Assembly: GCA_965219415.1 (NCBI GenBank)
Contig: CBDCNP010000002.1
Coordinates: 3,552,001 to 3,616,000 of the forward strand
Origin: Candidatus Marinacidobacterales bacterium
Lineage (GTDB): Bacteria > Acidobacteriota > Vicinamibacteria > Marinacidobacterales > DATDRI01
Direction: 5' to 3'
DNA length: 64,000 nucleotides
Shown: piece after piece, positions 20,595 to 30,620 of the stretch
Position numbering within the stretch: position 1 is the stretch's first letter
How the letters are laid out: the number at the start of each line of letters is the position of its first letter
Notes under the pieces: generated by a model
What the model was told of the DNA's origin: nothing
Databases searched by the model: none
What the model saw: the letters and a program-made list of their open reading frames with translations, nothing else
Program-made: the position numbers and the translations under genes

Positions 20595-21733
20595 ATGCCG
20601 CTCGCTGATCCAACATATATTGGCCAGGTCGCTTCCGTTACAGGAGCTATAGTCCGCGTACGGCTTCGCGAGGATATGCCATCAACGCTGGTCATGATCG
20701 GCGGGGAGTCCTACCGTGTCGGCCAGATCGGGGGGTTCTTCCGCGTTCCCCTTGGCTATGCCAACCTTTACGCCGTCTGCACTCAGATCGGCGCGGATGC
20801 AGCCCCTCCCAGCAGTGCCGAGGTAATGTCCGAGGCAGCGCTGGAAACGGACTCACAAGTTCGTCTCTCGGGCTTTCGCTGGATGACGATTGTGTTATTC
20901 GGCGAAGGACTTGGTACCGAGTTTGAGAGAGGTGTCGGTCAATACCCGACAGTCGGAGATGAAGTACACCTTGTTACCAATGACGATCTTAAAATTATCT
21001 ATGGATGGGCAAAGGGCAAGAAGGGCACAATTTCTGTCGGACAAATAGCTGCCACGTCTGGCATATCAGCCGACGTAAGTGTGGCAGGACTCGTTAGCCG
21101 ACACAGCGCCATCGTTGGTTCCACAGGCGCGGGCAAGTCAAACCTCGTCACCGTTCTGATGGAAACGGTTTCCGACGGAACCCTGCCGAACGCCCGAGCA
21201 ATTGTCATTGATCTGCATGGCGAATACGGGACTGCACTTGGCGCCAAGGCGAGAGTGTTTCGTACAAGGCCTGACGAGGAAGCTGGAGAAAGACATTTGC
21301 GGGTGCCGTTTTGGGCGCTTCCATTTTCCGAGCTCCAGCAGCTTACGTTAGGGGGACTTCAGCCCAACCATGAAGCCGCTATCCGGGATCAAGTCCTAGA
21401 TATGAAAGTAGCGGCGGCAGAGCACCTGACCATCTCTCCGCCACCGGAAACACTCACTGCGGATTCTCCAGTCCCGTTCAGCATCAAGCAGCTATGGTAC
21501 AAGCTTGATCAATCTGAACGGGTCACCTTCCACACTACAGGAAACCAGCAGACTGACCAAGAGGCCTACCCTCCAGATGAAGTCGGAGACGCGAGCAAAT
21601 TGAGGCCCGACCGATATCCGGCAGCGAGTCCCTATAACCAGGAGCCGTACAAGAATCAGCGAAAGCGAAACATTGAACGCCACCTTGATCTCATGCGGAG
21701 CAGATTAAAGGATAGTCGGTTCTCGTTCCTTCT
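20595..21733 (+). pseudogene. herA: HerA/FtsK-like ATPase, C-terminally truncated by IS-derived DNA
   Basis: HAS-barrel-like N-terminus, HSAIVGSTGAGKS and IDLHGEY; no Walker B; after about 21733 the frame reads into antisense transposase. Confidence 0.8.
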
Positions 21734-22194
21734 CGCGAAGCGGATAATCAGCTGTTCGATCTTTTCGTCGATTCGTGGTCGCCCCGGATACGTCCGGTTC
21801 TTGGAACCGTCGAACTTCCTGGCGATGAGCTTGCGGTGCCACCCGAGAATCGTATCGGGCCTGACGATACTCGCTACCTCTTCGAGCGCGCGCTTGCCGA
21901 GCTGTTTTCCGATCTCCGCCAAGGTTCTCCGCTCACCATCGGTCAGGCGCAAACGGCCTTGCAGCTGATCTCGAAGAATACGATTCTCGGTAACGAGGTA
22001 CTCGTTGCGCAGGAGCAGTTCTCGGTCGACCGATCCCGTGATGTACGCCAGCATTGTCTTCCAGTCCATTGTGTCTCCCCGGAGAACTAGAGTAAGTACC
22101 TGACCACGACCTGTGATTCAACCGGTCTAACAGACCGAGGCCAAGCCCTCTCAAACTGGCCTACGGGAGCGCGTTTGAGTTTATTGACCAGACG
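21733..22194 (-). mobile_element. 5' fragment of the MDWK-type rve IS
   Basis: MDWKTMLAYITGSVDRELLLRNEYL...PGRPRID; left end at 22194. Confidence 0.8.
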
Positions 22195-22202
22195 ACAACT
22201 GA

Positions 22203-22400
22203 ATTTGATTAGTCTCCGGTCTGCCGGGACCATGCCGGCATAATTTCGTCGTTTGTTCGCGCTCTCGTCTCTGCCTTCAAGGCTCCTCGCGAGCTGGCTC
22301 TCGAGAATGTCGCTCTTCGCCAGCAGCTCGCCGTGCTCCGCCGTTCGGTGAAACGGCTGCGGCTCTCGAATGTCGACCGCGAGTTTTGGGTGCTGTTGCG
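22203..22400 (+). mobile_element. 5' fragment of the F-type rve IS transposase
   Basis: ELALENVALRQQLAVLRRSVKRLRLSNVDREFWV; related fragment at 26156-26305. Confidence 0.65.
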
Positions 22401-22703
22401 GGTGCTTCCGCCATGAAAGTGTTGGTGAGATAACGCTAAGACTTTACGCTGCATTAAATTACAACCAAAATAGCGCTCACGACCTTCGCCGCGCGCTTGC
22501 CAGTGGAACAAGTTTCGGCACAGGACGCCATCGTATGCAATAATGATGTCGGCGTGCACACGAAGATGTTGCTGAACGTCAGGCACCGCCTGGTCAGCGC
22601 AGTCTGCATCGCCGAAAGAACTGTGTCCCTTCGAAATCAGGCTCAACCTCTAGCACGTGAGCGGGTTACGCGGCGGCTACCAACACTTGATTTCAGAAGC
22701 ACC
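22401..22703. mobile_element. Family A MITE (composite)
   Basis: GGTGCTT...AAGCACC ends. Confidence 0.75.
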
Positions 22704-22730
22704 CGTGTCGAGGTGGAGCGGGTTTAGCTT

Positions 22731-23330
22731 GTGAAACTCCCAAGCCATTCTCCATTACTCGTCGCGCTCTCCCAGTCTGTCGCCGGGCGCGAGAAGTTTC
22801 CCGGCCGTATCGGTGGCGAAGGCCACATCGGCCAAGCGGCACCACCCTTCGAGCTAAAAGCGTGGTTGAACGCGGATCCGCTGGAGCCGGCCGACTTGAA
22901 GGGAAATGTACTACTCGTCCGTTGGTGGACGGACACTTGTCCCTTTTGCTCCACGACGGCACCCGTGCTGCGGGAGCTCAACCGCAAGTACCGAGGTCGG
23001 GGCCTCCGGGTCATCGGCATCTTTCACCCCAAGCCGCCCGGGGATAGGAGCGTCGAACGGCTGCGGCGGGCGACCGAGCGCTTCGGCTTCACCTTCCCGG
23101 TGGCCCTCGACGCGGATTGGATAGCGCTCCACCGCTGGTGGCTCGACCACGAGGTACAGGCGTGGACCTCCGTTTCCTTCCTCGTCGACAAGCAGGGTCT
23201 CGTCCGCTATGTCCACCCCGGCGGCGAGTACCATCTGGGAGAAGCTGGACTCCACTGGCGGAACCACGAAAGCTGCCATCGGGAATACCGCGAGATAGAA
23301 GACACCATTCTCAAACTCCTCGACAACTAA
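22731..23330 (+). CDS. TlpA/thioredoxin-like redoxin; true start uncertain
   Basis: LLVRWWTDTCPFC CxxC motif; TSVSFLVDKQG. Confidence 0.75.
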   Translation: MKLPSHSPLLVALSQSVAGREKFPGRIGGEGHIGQAAPPFELKAWLNADPLEPADLKGNVLLVRWWTDTCPFCSTTAPVLRELNRKYRGRGLRVIGIFHPKPPGDRSVERLRRATERFGFTFPVALDADWIALHRWWLDHEVQAWTSVSFLVDKQGLVRYVHPGGEYHLGEAGLHWRNHESCHREYREIEDTILKLLDN

Positions 23331-23460
23331 TCCCCACGAGAAGCAACGCCGCCAGCGCGAAAAAAGACGAGGAATTCTACGGTAGAGTTGGCGGGTTCGG
23401 GCACTCAACACCTCGATTTTGGCTCGGGAAAGGTTGTGCCTTCTATTTATTCATCCGCGT

Positions 23461-23609
23461 GATGGAGATCACGGATATACTCAGCCAGAACGTGCCCCTA
23501 GAGGACGTGGAGTATCTGGCCGGACACTCCAACCCCTCGGGCCACACAGATCTATGACCGGCGTAGACAGCACGTCACTCGCAACATCGTGGAGCGTGTC
23601 TCGATATGA
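23461..23609 (+). pseudogene. Tyrosine recombinase C-terminal fragment
   Basis: VPLEDVEYLAGHSNP / TQIYDRR..VTRNIVERVSI with a frameshift. Confidence 0.65.
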
Positions 23610-23808
23610 AAGAAGGACCAGGGAAGAGAGACATCCTTTCGAGGTGTCCCTTCCATAAACTCGAGCTGTATGAGATTGGCGAACTTCCTGTAACCGGAAT
23701 GCTTTGGTCGTCTTCATGTAGGACGTTTTAAGAGCCGGCGTCGGCTCTACTCCGGGGTAGAGGTGTAAGCTGGTGCGAAGTCCGGCAGCCGTTCCGAGCG
23801 GATCGGAC

Positions 23809-23915
23809 TCAAGCAGCGCGTCGAGTGTAATAATGATGGAGACCACCGACCTTTGGAATGACTCTCACTTTGCCCATCGCCGGTGACTCTACCCGGCGAG
23901 GCTCAGGCGCGTTGT
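23809..23915 (-). mobile_element. 3' fragment of another rve IS
   Basis: Hand translation DNAPEPRRVESPAMGKVRVIPKVGGLHHYYTRRAA*. Confidence 0.7.
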
Positions 23916-24000
23916 CGTCTGGTCAAAATATTCGAACGCCCATCGGGTCAGCAGTTTGCACCTTTCCAACGGGAAGCCGCATGAGTATTTTGACCTCACG
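23916..24000 (+). mobile_element. 85-bp family C MITE
   Basis: CGTCTGGTCAAAATA...TATTTTGACCTCACG; copies at 25509-25593 and 39189-39273. Confidence 0.85.
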
Positions 24001-24051
24001 CCGACAGAACCCGTCCTTTACAGCAACCGACCCAGTTTCAGGAGCTGAATC

Positions 24052-24927
24052 ATGAGTAACAAGTACGTAAGGCCGGAACACATGTCGCTAAAGGGCCATC
24101 CCGACTTTAACGAAAAATGGGTACAAAACCTCATTGCGAACGATCCTTCCATCCTACGGCTTGGAGAATTAGCGCTGAGGGACATAGAGCGCATGCAGCC
24201 GCGCGCCGGCCGTCTCGATCTTCTGCTTCAAGATACCGATACGAAACGAAGATACGAAGTGGAACTGCAACTCGGGTCGACGGATGAGGCCCATATCATC
24301 CGTACAATCGAGTATTGGGATATCGAGAAGAAGCTTTACCCGCAATATGAGCACTGCGCCGTCCTCATCGCAGAGGACATTACAAGCCGATTCTTGAATG
24401 TCGTCTCCCTTTTCAATGGGGCAATTCCCCTCATCGCTATTCAGATGCAGGCTCTCAAGGTCGGTGATAACCTGACGCTTGTTTTCACCAAGGTCATGGA
24501 CGAACTTTCGAGGGGACTTATTGACGAGGATGAGGATGCTGAATCAGCACCGACCGATCGTGCATACTGGGAGAAACGCGCCACCAAAGCAACGGTCGAT
24601 TGGGCCGATCAGATACTGGAGATTCTTCGTAGCTTTGATCCAACACTGAATCTGAAGTACAACAAATTCTATATCGGCGTGGAGAAGGACGGTCAACCCT
24701 ACAACTTTGTAACGTTCCGGCCACAGAAGAAAGCGCTCAGTTTCAACTTGAAGCTACCCCAGACCGACGATCTTGATACCAAGATCGACGAAGCTGGTCT
24801 CGACACGCTTGAGTACGACACACGCTGGGGCTTCTACCGCCTTCGTCTGACCATGAACGACATTAAGACGAAGTCGGAGATTCTGGAACAGTTGTCAAAA
24901 CTTGCTCATGCTCGACGAGCAAGCTAG
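24052..24927 (+). CDS. Putative restriction-endonuclease-fold (NucS-like) protein with DUF5655-like C-terminus
   Basis: FNEKWVQ...GRLDLLL...YEVELQ...IEYW; C-terminal LKYNKFYIG. Confidence 0.6.
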   Translation: MSNKYVRPEHMSLKGHPDFNEKWVQNLIANDPSILRLGELALRDIERMQPRAGRLDLLLQDTDTKRRYEVELQLGSTDEAHIIRTIEYWDIEKKLYPQYEHCAVLIAEDITSRFLNVVSLFNGAIPLIAIQMQALKVGDNLTLVFTKVMDELSRGLIDEDEDAESAPTDRAYWEKRATKATVDWADQILEILRSFDPTLNLKYNKFYIGVEKDGQPYNFVTFRPQKKALSFNLKLPQTDDLDTKIDEAGLDTLEYDTRWGFYRLRLTMNDIKTKSEILEQLSKLAHARRAS

Positions 24928-25023
24928 AGATCGGATAGCCTCCACTTTGATCGACTTTGAATCTTATCTGGTCAACTTTTAGTTTGAGACCGTATTGGGA
25001 CTGAGCGTTCGCAACTGTGAACC

Positions 25024-25508
25024 TTCGCGGTAGGGACCGCCCTTACGGACGGCCCCCCGCACAGATCCCAGCGAGCGCTGCTAACGCACTGGGCTCCTAC
25101 CTCAGGTCATGACGCGCAGTCGCTGTTCGGGATACGGGTGCAGTGTTCGAATCGGTGGAAACCAGCGGTCGGCCAGGCGGTTCATGCGCTCCGCGGTCAT
25201 CCGGTGTCGTTGGCTCCTCTGCCGCAGCGTGCGGAGCCAGAGACGGTACACCTGATACTTGAAAGCGCCGAGCTTCCGCTGGTTACGAGGCACCGCATAA
25301 TAGTTGAAATGCCCCTGCATGACCGACCTTAACCAGTGCCCTACCTCGGGGACAGGATGGTGCAGCCGTCGCTTCAGCTCGATTTTGATCTCGCGAAGTT
25401 TCGACTGCAGCCGTTTCCGCATCGTCTGCCGAAGCACGATGAATTTCCCATTCCTTGTTGTGTTGCACGTATGTGTGAAACCAAGAAAATCGAAAGACTC
25501 GGGCTTCC
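25024..25508 (-). mobile_element. Group II intron 3' fragment: RT/maturase C-terminus plus domains V and VI
   Basis: GHFNYYAVPRN...LRQRSQR...LHPYP; domain V GAGCCCAGTGCGTTAGCAGCGCTCGCTGGGATCTGTGCGGGGGG; end CCCTACCGCGA. Confidence 0.85.
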
Positions 25509-25593
25509 CGTCTGGTCAAAATATTCGAACGCCCATCGGGTCAGCAGTTTGCACCTTTCCAACGAGAAGCCGCATGAGTATTTTGACCTCACG

Positions 25594-26155
25594 CGGAGAT
25601 TTTTCACGGCGTTGCCGATCGGGTCGGAGACTCGCTGGGGCTCGCCCGGCTTGCAGCGGCGACGGATGCGGACGTGATCGTTCTTGCCGGTGTGTACTTC
25701 ATGGCAGAAACGGCCAACCTTTTGAACCCGAACAAGACTGTCCTCATTCCAGATGCGGAGGCCGGTTGTTCTCTTGCCGCCTCCATCACTGGCGCCGACG
25801 TGCGGCTTCTGCGAGAACGCTACCCGGACGTTCCGGTTGTTACCTACGTAAACACATCGGCCGAAGTGAAGGCGGAGAGCGACATCTGCTGCACCTCGTC
25901 GAACGCTGTCAAGGTCGTCGAGTCACTCGGTACGGAACGCGTCATCTTTCTTCCTGACGAGTACCTCGGGCGATGGGTCAGCCAGCAGACGAACGTCGAC
26001 GTCATCCTGTGGAAAGGCCATTGCGAGGTGCACGAGCGGTTTACGGCGGAAGAACTGCTTGGCGCACGCGAGCAATAGGGCAAGATTACGATTCTGGCGC
26101 ACCCGGAATGTCCGCCCGATGTCCTCGCGGAAGCCGATTTCGTCGGCTCGACGGT
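25594..26155 (+). pseudogene. nadA: Quinolinate synthase internal fragment with a nonsense codon
   Basis: [39 protein letters not shown] and AHPEC motifs; TAG at 26076; both ends cut at IS tips. Confidence 0.85.
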
Positions 26156-26504
26156 TGTGCCTTCTACTTATCCATCCGCGCGCACCGAACTTGATTAGTC
26201 TCCAGTCTGCCGGCATCATGCCTGCATGATTTCATCGTTTGTTCGCGCTCTCATCTCTGCCTTCAAGGCTCGTCCCGAGCTAGCTCTCGAGAGTGTCGCT
26301 CTTCGTGCGTCTGGAGATTCAGGGTTTAGTCCGGCATCTGCTAGTAGCCGCTCCGGCTCCATTCGCTTTTTCAGACACGACGGGCTCTGGAATGACCCGG
26401 TATAGTGTGGGCAGCTCTCGGCCAGTGGTCTCGGTGAGTTTCGGCTTGGGCGAGGACTCCCCATACCTACCCTTGCCCGTTTTTCCACGAAATCGAGGTG
26501 CGTA

Positions 26505-28292
26505 ATGGAGATTCGGAACCTCAACCAGCTTCTCTCGAACGCGGCGAAGAAGTACGACAAGCCGGACGCCCTCCTGTACAAGAAGAAGGGGGAGTGGCGG
26601 CGGCTCTCCTCGCGCGAGCTCATCGAAAAGGCAGGCAACTTGGCACTCGGGCTGAACGGCCTGGGTATCGGCCGGGGCGACAAGGTCACTCTCCTCTCGG
26701 AGAACCGCCACGAGTGGTTCATTATCGATGCCTCCCTCCAGATCCTGGGCGCGGTCAACGTGCCGATCTACGCGACGCTCCCGCCTCCTCAGATCACCTA
26801 TATCGTCTCGAGCTCCGAGTCGAAGGTCGTTATCGCCTCGACCGCCGACCAGCAAAAGAAGATCGCCGCCATCCGTTTGGACCTCCCTTCGGTCGGACAC
26901 TACATCACTATCGATCCGCCGACGGACGGCTACCAGGCGCTCACCCTTGACGAGGTGATGAAACAGGGCCAAGAGAGCCGGAGGGCAAAACCCGATCTCG
27001 TCGGCGAGCTATCGGATGCGGTCGACTCCGACGATCTCGCCAGCATCATCTATACGTCGGGAACGACCGGAGATCCGAAGGGCGTCATGCTCACCCACCG
27101 CAACCTGCTCTCGAACGTTGCGGCCAGCCAGAAGGCGCTCCCAGTCGAGGACACGGACGTGGCGCTCTCGGTGCTTCCCTATAGCCATGTCTTCGAGCGC
27201 ATGGTGGCGCATTACCTGTACGCCAACGGGGGTGCCACCGTGGCGCTCGCGGAGGGCCAGGAGAAACTCCTGGAGAACCTCGGTGAGATCCGCCCTACCA
27301 TCATGACGATGGTGCCTCGGTTCTACGAGAAGGTCTACGCCGGTGTGATGGAGAAAGTCGCTGCGGGGAGCGCGCTGAAGCAGAAGACCTTTCACTGGGC
27401 GGTCGCGATCGGACGCGAGCACGGGAAGTACCGGCAACGCGGCGAGCCGGCCCCGGCGCTCCTGAACGTCAAATACGCGCTCGCCTCCAGGCTCGCTTTC
27501 GCAAAGCTGCACGCCCGCGTCGGCGGCCGGCTGCGGTTCTTCATCTCGGGCGCGGCTCCGCTCGCGAGAGAGATCGCAGAGTTCTTCTGGGCGGCGGGGC
27601 TGCAGATCCTGGAGGGCTATGGGCTGACGGAAACCTCGCCGGTCATCTCCGTCAACCGTCCCGATGCCTTCAAGTTCGGGACGGTAGGACAGCCCGTCGA
27701 GGGAGTCGAGGTCAGGATCGCGAAGGATGGAGAGATCCTGGTCCGTGGGCCCAATGTCATGAAAGGCTACTACAAGAACGAAGCAGCCACTCGAGAGGCC
27801 ATTGACGAGGACGACTTCTTCCATACCGGTGACGTAGGGGTTCTCGACTCAGACGGGTTTCTTGCCATCACCGACCGCAAGAAGGACCTCATCGTTACCG
27901 CGGGAGGCAAGAACATCGCTCCCCAGCCCATCGAGGGCCGCGTCAAGACGAACGCTTACATTGCGGAGTTCGTCCTGGTGGGCAACAAGCGGAAGTTCCC
28001 GGCAGCGATCGTGGTGCCTGATTTCGAGAAGCTCGGTGCCTGGTGCAAGGAGCAATCCATCGACGCCTCCGACCGGAACTCGATGACCGGTCATCCCGAT
28101 GTGATCGCTTTCATGGAGAGCCAAGTACAGTCGATGACCTCGCACCTCGCGCAGTTCGAGAAGATCAAGAAGATCACCCTGATAGCAACGGAATTCACTC
28201 TGGAGGGCGGGGAGCTGACGCCGACGCTCAAAGTGAAACGAAAGGTTATCGAGGCCCGTTACAAGGATGTCATCGATCGGATGTACGAGTGA
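26505..28292 (+). CDS. Long-chain fatty acid-CoA ligase (second, diverged copy)
   Basis: IYTSGTTGDPKG, EGYGLTE, FHTGD and LTPTLK motifs. Confidence 0.9.
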   Translation: MEIRNLNQLLSNAAKKYDKPDALLYKKKGEWRRLSSRELIEKAGNLALGLNGLGIGRGDKVTLLSENRHEWFIIDASLQILGAVNVPIYATLPPPQITYIVSSSESKVVIASTADQQKKIAAIRLDLPSVGHYITIDPPTDGYQALTLDEVMKQGQESRRAKPDLVGELSDAVDSDDLASIIYTSGTTGDPKGVMLTHRNLLSNVAASQKALPVEDTDVALSVLPYSHVFERMVAHYLYANGGATVALAEGQEKLLENLGEIRPTIMTMVPRFYEKVYAGVMEKVAAGSALKQKTFHWAVAIGREHGKYRQRGEPAPALLNVKYALASRLAFAKLHARVGGRLRFFISGAAPLAREIAEFFWAAGLQILEGYGLTETSPVISVNRPDAFKFGTVGQPVEGVEVRIAKDGEILVRGPNVMKGYYKNEAATREAIDEDDFFHTGDVGVLDSDGFLAITDRKKDLIVTAGGKNIAPQPIEGRVKTNAYIAEFVLVGNKRKFPAAIVVPDFEKLGAWCKEQSIDASDRNSMTGHPDVIAFMESQVQSMTSHLAQFEKIKKITLIATEFTLEGGELTPTLKVKRKVIEARYKDVIDRMYE

Positions 28293-28294
28293 CG

Positions 28295-28390
28295 ATGTCC
28301 GGCTACGAGACCGTCATCGGCCTCGAGCTCCACGCTCAGCTCAGGACAGAGACCAAGCTTTTCTGCAGGTGCCGCACGCGCTTCAGTGAC
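28295..28390 (+). pseudogene. gatB: gatB 5' fragment (about 32 codons)
   Basis: MSGYETVIGLELHAQLRTETKLFC, cut at a family B tip. Confidence 0.85.
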
Positions 28391-28436
28391 CCCGTCCTGT
28401 GCCAAAACTCGGCCCAGCCGGCATTGACGAAAGAAC

Positions 28437-28602
28437 GGTGCTTCCGCCATTAAGTGTTGGTGAGATGACACTAAGACCCTACGGTGCATTAAATTACAGC
28501 CAAAATAGCGTTCGTGACCTTCGCTGCGTGCTAAATGGAGCGTAAGTGCCTCTTTTGAAAAGGGATGCATATACATCACCAACAGTAAACAGCGCAAGCA
28601 CC
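28437..28602 (+). mobile_element. 166-bp family A MITE
   Basis: GGTGCTTCCGC..GCGCAAGCACC; copies at 38935-39100 and 42353-42518 (reversed). Confidence 0.85.
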
Positions 28603-28603
28603 A

Positions 28604-29155
28604 TCATGGCTGCGACTCCCTGGATTGCGAATCGCCATCGTCGACCTCTGGTTCAGCAGTCTCCGGCTCAGCAACCTCTGGTTCAGCAGCCTCTGGCTCA
28701 GCAGCCTCTGGCTCAGCAGCCTCCGGTTCAGCAGGAGCGGAGCGTTCCTCGTTGACCGTCATTTGGATCGACCCCTTGAAGATGGCTCCTTCGGCAACCG
28801 CGATGCGTGCGGCGCGGAGATTTCCGAACACCTTTCCGGTGCGGGTGAGCTCAACTTTGTCGCTTGCCGTGCAGTCGCCCTCTAGCTTGCCACGTATCGA
28901 GACGTTGGCCGCCTCGACCTTCGCTTTCACTCGACCAGCTTCTTCGATTACAACCATTCCGCTGCTCTTGATCTTGCCTTCCACCCGCCCTTCGATCTGG
29001 AGCACCTCGCTGGTGTTCAACTCACCGCTGATGATCGTTTTCGCTCCGATCAACGTTTGCGGCGCGACCGATGGTGATTCGTTCTGGGCCGGAACACCGC
29101 GGGGACCGGTCACGACGTTGAGTTTTTGCGGTTCCGATTTTCCAAACAATCCCAC
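28604..29155 (-). CDS. Bactofilin (polymer-forming cytoskeletal protein) with an acidic AEPE(A/V/T) repeat tail
   Basis: TLIGAKTIISGEL..IEGRVEGKI..IAVAEGAIFKG; about six 15-bp tandem units at about 28650-28735. Confidence 0.85.
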   Translation of the reverse strand: MGLFGKSEPQKLNVVTGPRGVPAQNESPSVAPQTLIGAKTIISGELNTSEVLQIEGRVEGKIKSSGMVVIEEAGRVKAKVEAANVSIRGKLEGDCTASDKVELTRTGKVFGNLRAARIAVAEGAIFKGSIQMTVNEERSAPAEPEAAEPEAAEPEAAEPEVAEPETAEPEVDDGDSQSRESQP

Positions 29156-29351
29156 GTTACCTCCTGGAGTGGCTCACACTGCAGCGTTCAAGAAGGGTTA
29201 GATCGCCGCGGCGATGAAGGTCGTCCTCTTCTCTCATACCTCATCATAAGGGTGCTTCCGCCATCAAGTGATGGAATGGACTCCTCCACTGACATAGACG
29301 GCATCGATGTGCCAAAGTCAGTCGAATACGCATCGAAAAGGAGGAGTCCGA

Positions 29352-30383
29352 ATGAAAGATACGACAATCGCTGTGGATCTTGCAAAGAACGTCTTCGAGA
29401 TTGCCATCTCGGGAGAAGCGGGGAAGGTGTCCAAGCAACTCCGTGTGAGTCGACCCAAATTGGTGTCGTTCTTTGCCAAACAGAGCGCTGCCACCGTGCT
29501 TCTCGAAGCCTGCGGCTCGGCTCACTTCTGGGCAAGGACGTTCCGAAGGTTGGGACACGACGTCGTCCTGCTCCCACCTCACCTCGTGAGGCCGTATCGA
29601 CGCGGGAGCAAGAACGACCGCGCCGACACGAAGGCGTTGCTCGAGGCCTACAGGAACGAGGAGCTTCTTCCCGTACCCATCAAGTCCGTGCACCAGCACA
29701 CCCTCGCTGCGCTCCATCGCCTGCGCTCAGGATGGCTCTCCACACGGACCGCACGCATCAATGCCGTACGCGGGCTCCTGCGCGAACTCGGATTCATCAT
29801 CCCAAAGGGCGCTCACTTCGTCGTGCCCGCCCTCTTCGAACTCGTCGAAGACGCTGATTCTGATTTGCCCGACGTGCTCCGTTCGCATCTCCGTGATGCC
29901 TGCTCCGAGATTCGAGAACTCAAGGACAAGTGCGCTAGCATCGAGCACGAGCTCAAGGCGCTCACCAAGCAGCTTCCTGAAGTCCAACGACTTCTCGCCA
30001 TTCCCGGCATCGGACTTCTGGCCGCGACCGCCATCGTGGGCTTCGTCGGCGATCTTCGCCGCTTCCCATCGGGGCGCCGCTTCTCGAGCTACCTCGGCCT
30101 AGTTCCCAAGGAAAACTCCAGTGGCGACATTCGCCGCCTCGGACGCATCACCAAGCGTGGCGACTCCTACCTCCGTATGCTCCTCACCCAGGGCGGGCGC
30201 GCCGTGCTCCGCGCGGCGAACGTCAGCAAGAGCCCGCCCGACAAGCTCCGCGCCTGGGCTCGGAAGGTCCACCGCTCGCGGGGACACAACAAGGCCGTGA
30301 TTGCTGTCGCCAACAAACTCGCCCGGATCGTCTGGGCCGTCTCCACCCGCGAGAGTGAATTCCAGTCGCCGGTGGCCGCTTAG
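29352..30383 (+). CDS. IS110/IS1111 DEDD recombinase
   Basis: IAVDLAK, LLEACG, KNDRAD, IPGIG, GLVPKENSSG and ITKRG motifs; GGAG RBS upstream. Confidence 0.92.
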   Translation: MKDTTIAVDLAKNVFEIAISGEAGKVSKQLRVSRPKLVSFFAKQSAATVLLEACGSAHFWARTFRRLGHDVVLLPPHLVRPYRRGSKNDRADTKALLEAYRNEELLPVPIKSVHQHTLAALHRLRSGWLSTRTARINAVRGLLRELGFIIPKGAHFVVPALFELVEDADSDLPDVLRSHLRDACSEIRELKDKCASIEHELKALTKQLPEVQRLLAIPGIGLLAATAIVGFVGDLRRFPSGRRFSSYLGLVPKENSSGDIRRLGRITKRGDSYLRMLLTQGGRAVLRAANVSKSPPDKLRAWARKVHRSRGHNKAVIAVANKLARIVWAVSTRESEFQSPVAA

Positions 30384-30439
30384 ATTTAGAGGCTCCACTT
30401 TCGTGTTTTCCTTTTTCCCTTCCAAAAGAGGCTGCGACG

Positions 30440-30620
30440 ATACCCATCCAACTGATGGCGTACCGGTCGGACCGGCGCGGGGTCAAGCCAATAGCAACAC
30501 TGGCCCTAAGAGGTCGTTCAAAGTGATTGGCTCCTCGCGCGCGGATTTTCCATCATGGCCCGGAGCACCCAAGACGCTCCTCACTGAGGCCGAAGATACG
30601 TTTGCAGTCTGACCCACTCG
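30440..30620 (+). ncRNA. Putative bridge/seek RNA of the IS1111 (boundaries approximate)
   Basis: Stem agccaat/attggct encloses TAGCAACACT (reverse complement of the target) and AAGTG; a second loop holds TTCCATCAT and AGATACG, matching the donor junction. Confidence 0.7.

Noticed and set aside
21733-21968. C-terminal 78 aa of the 457-aa HerA ORF as a novel domain
   Set aside because: It is the antisense of the adjacent transposase fragment
25024-25508. Retron, DGR or defence RT
   Set aside because: Only the maturase end is present, followed by canonical group II intron domains V and VI
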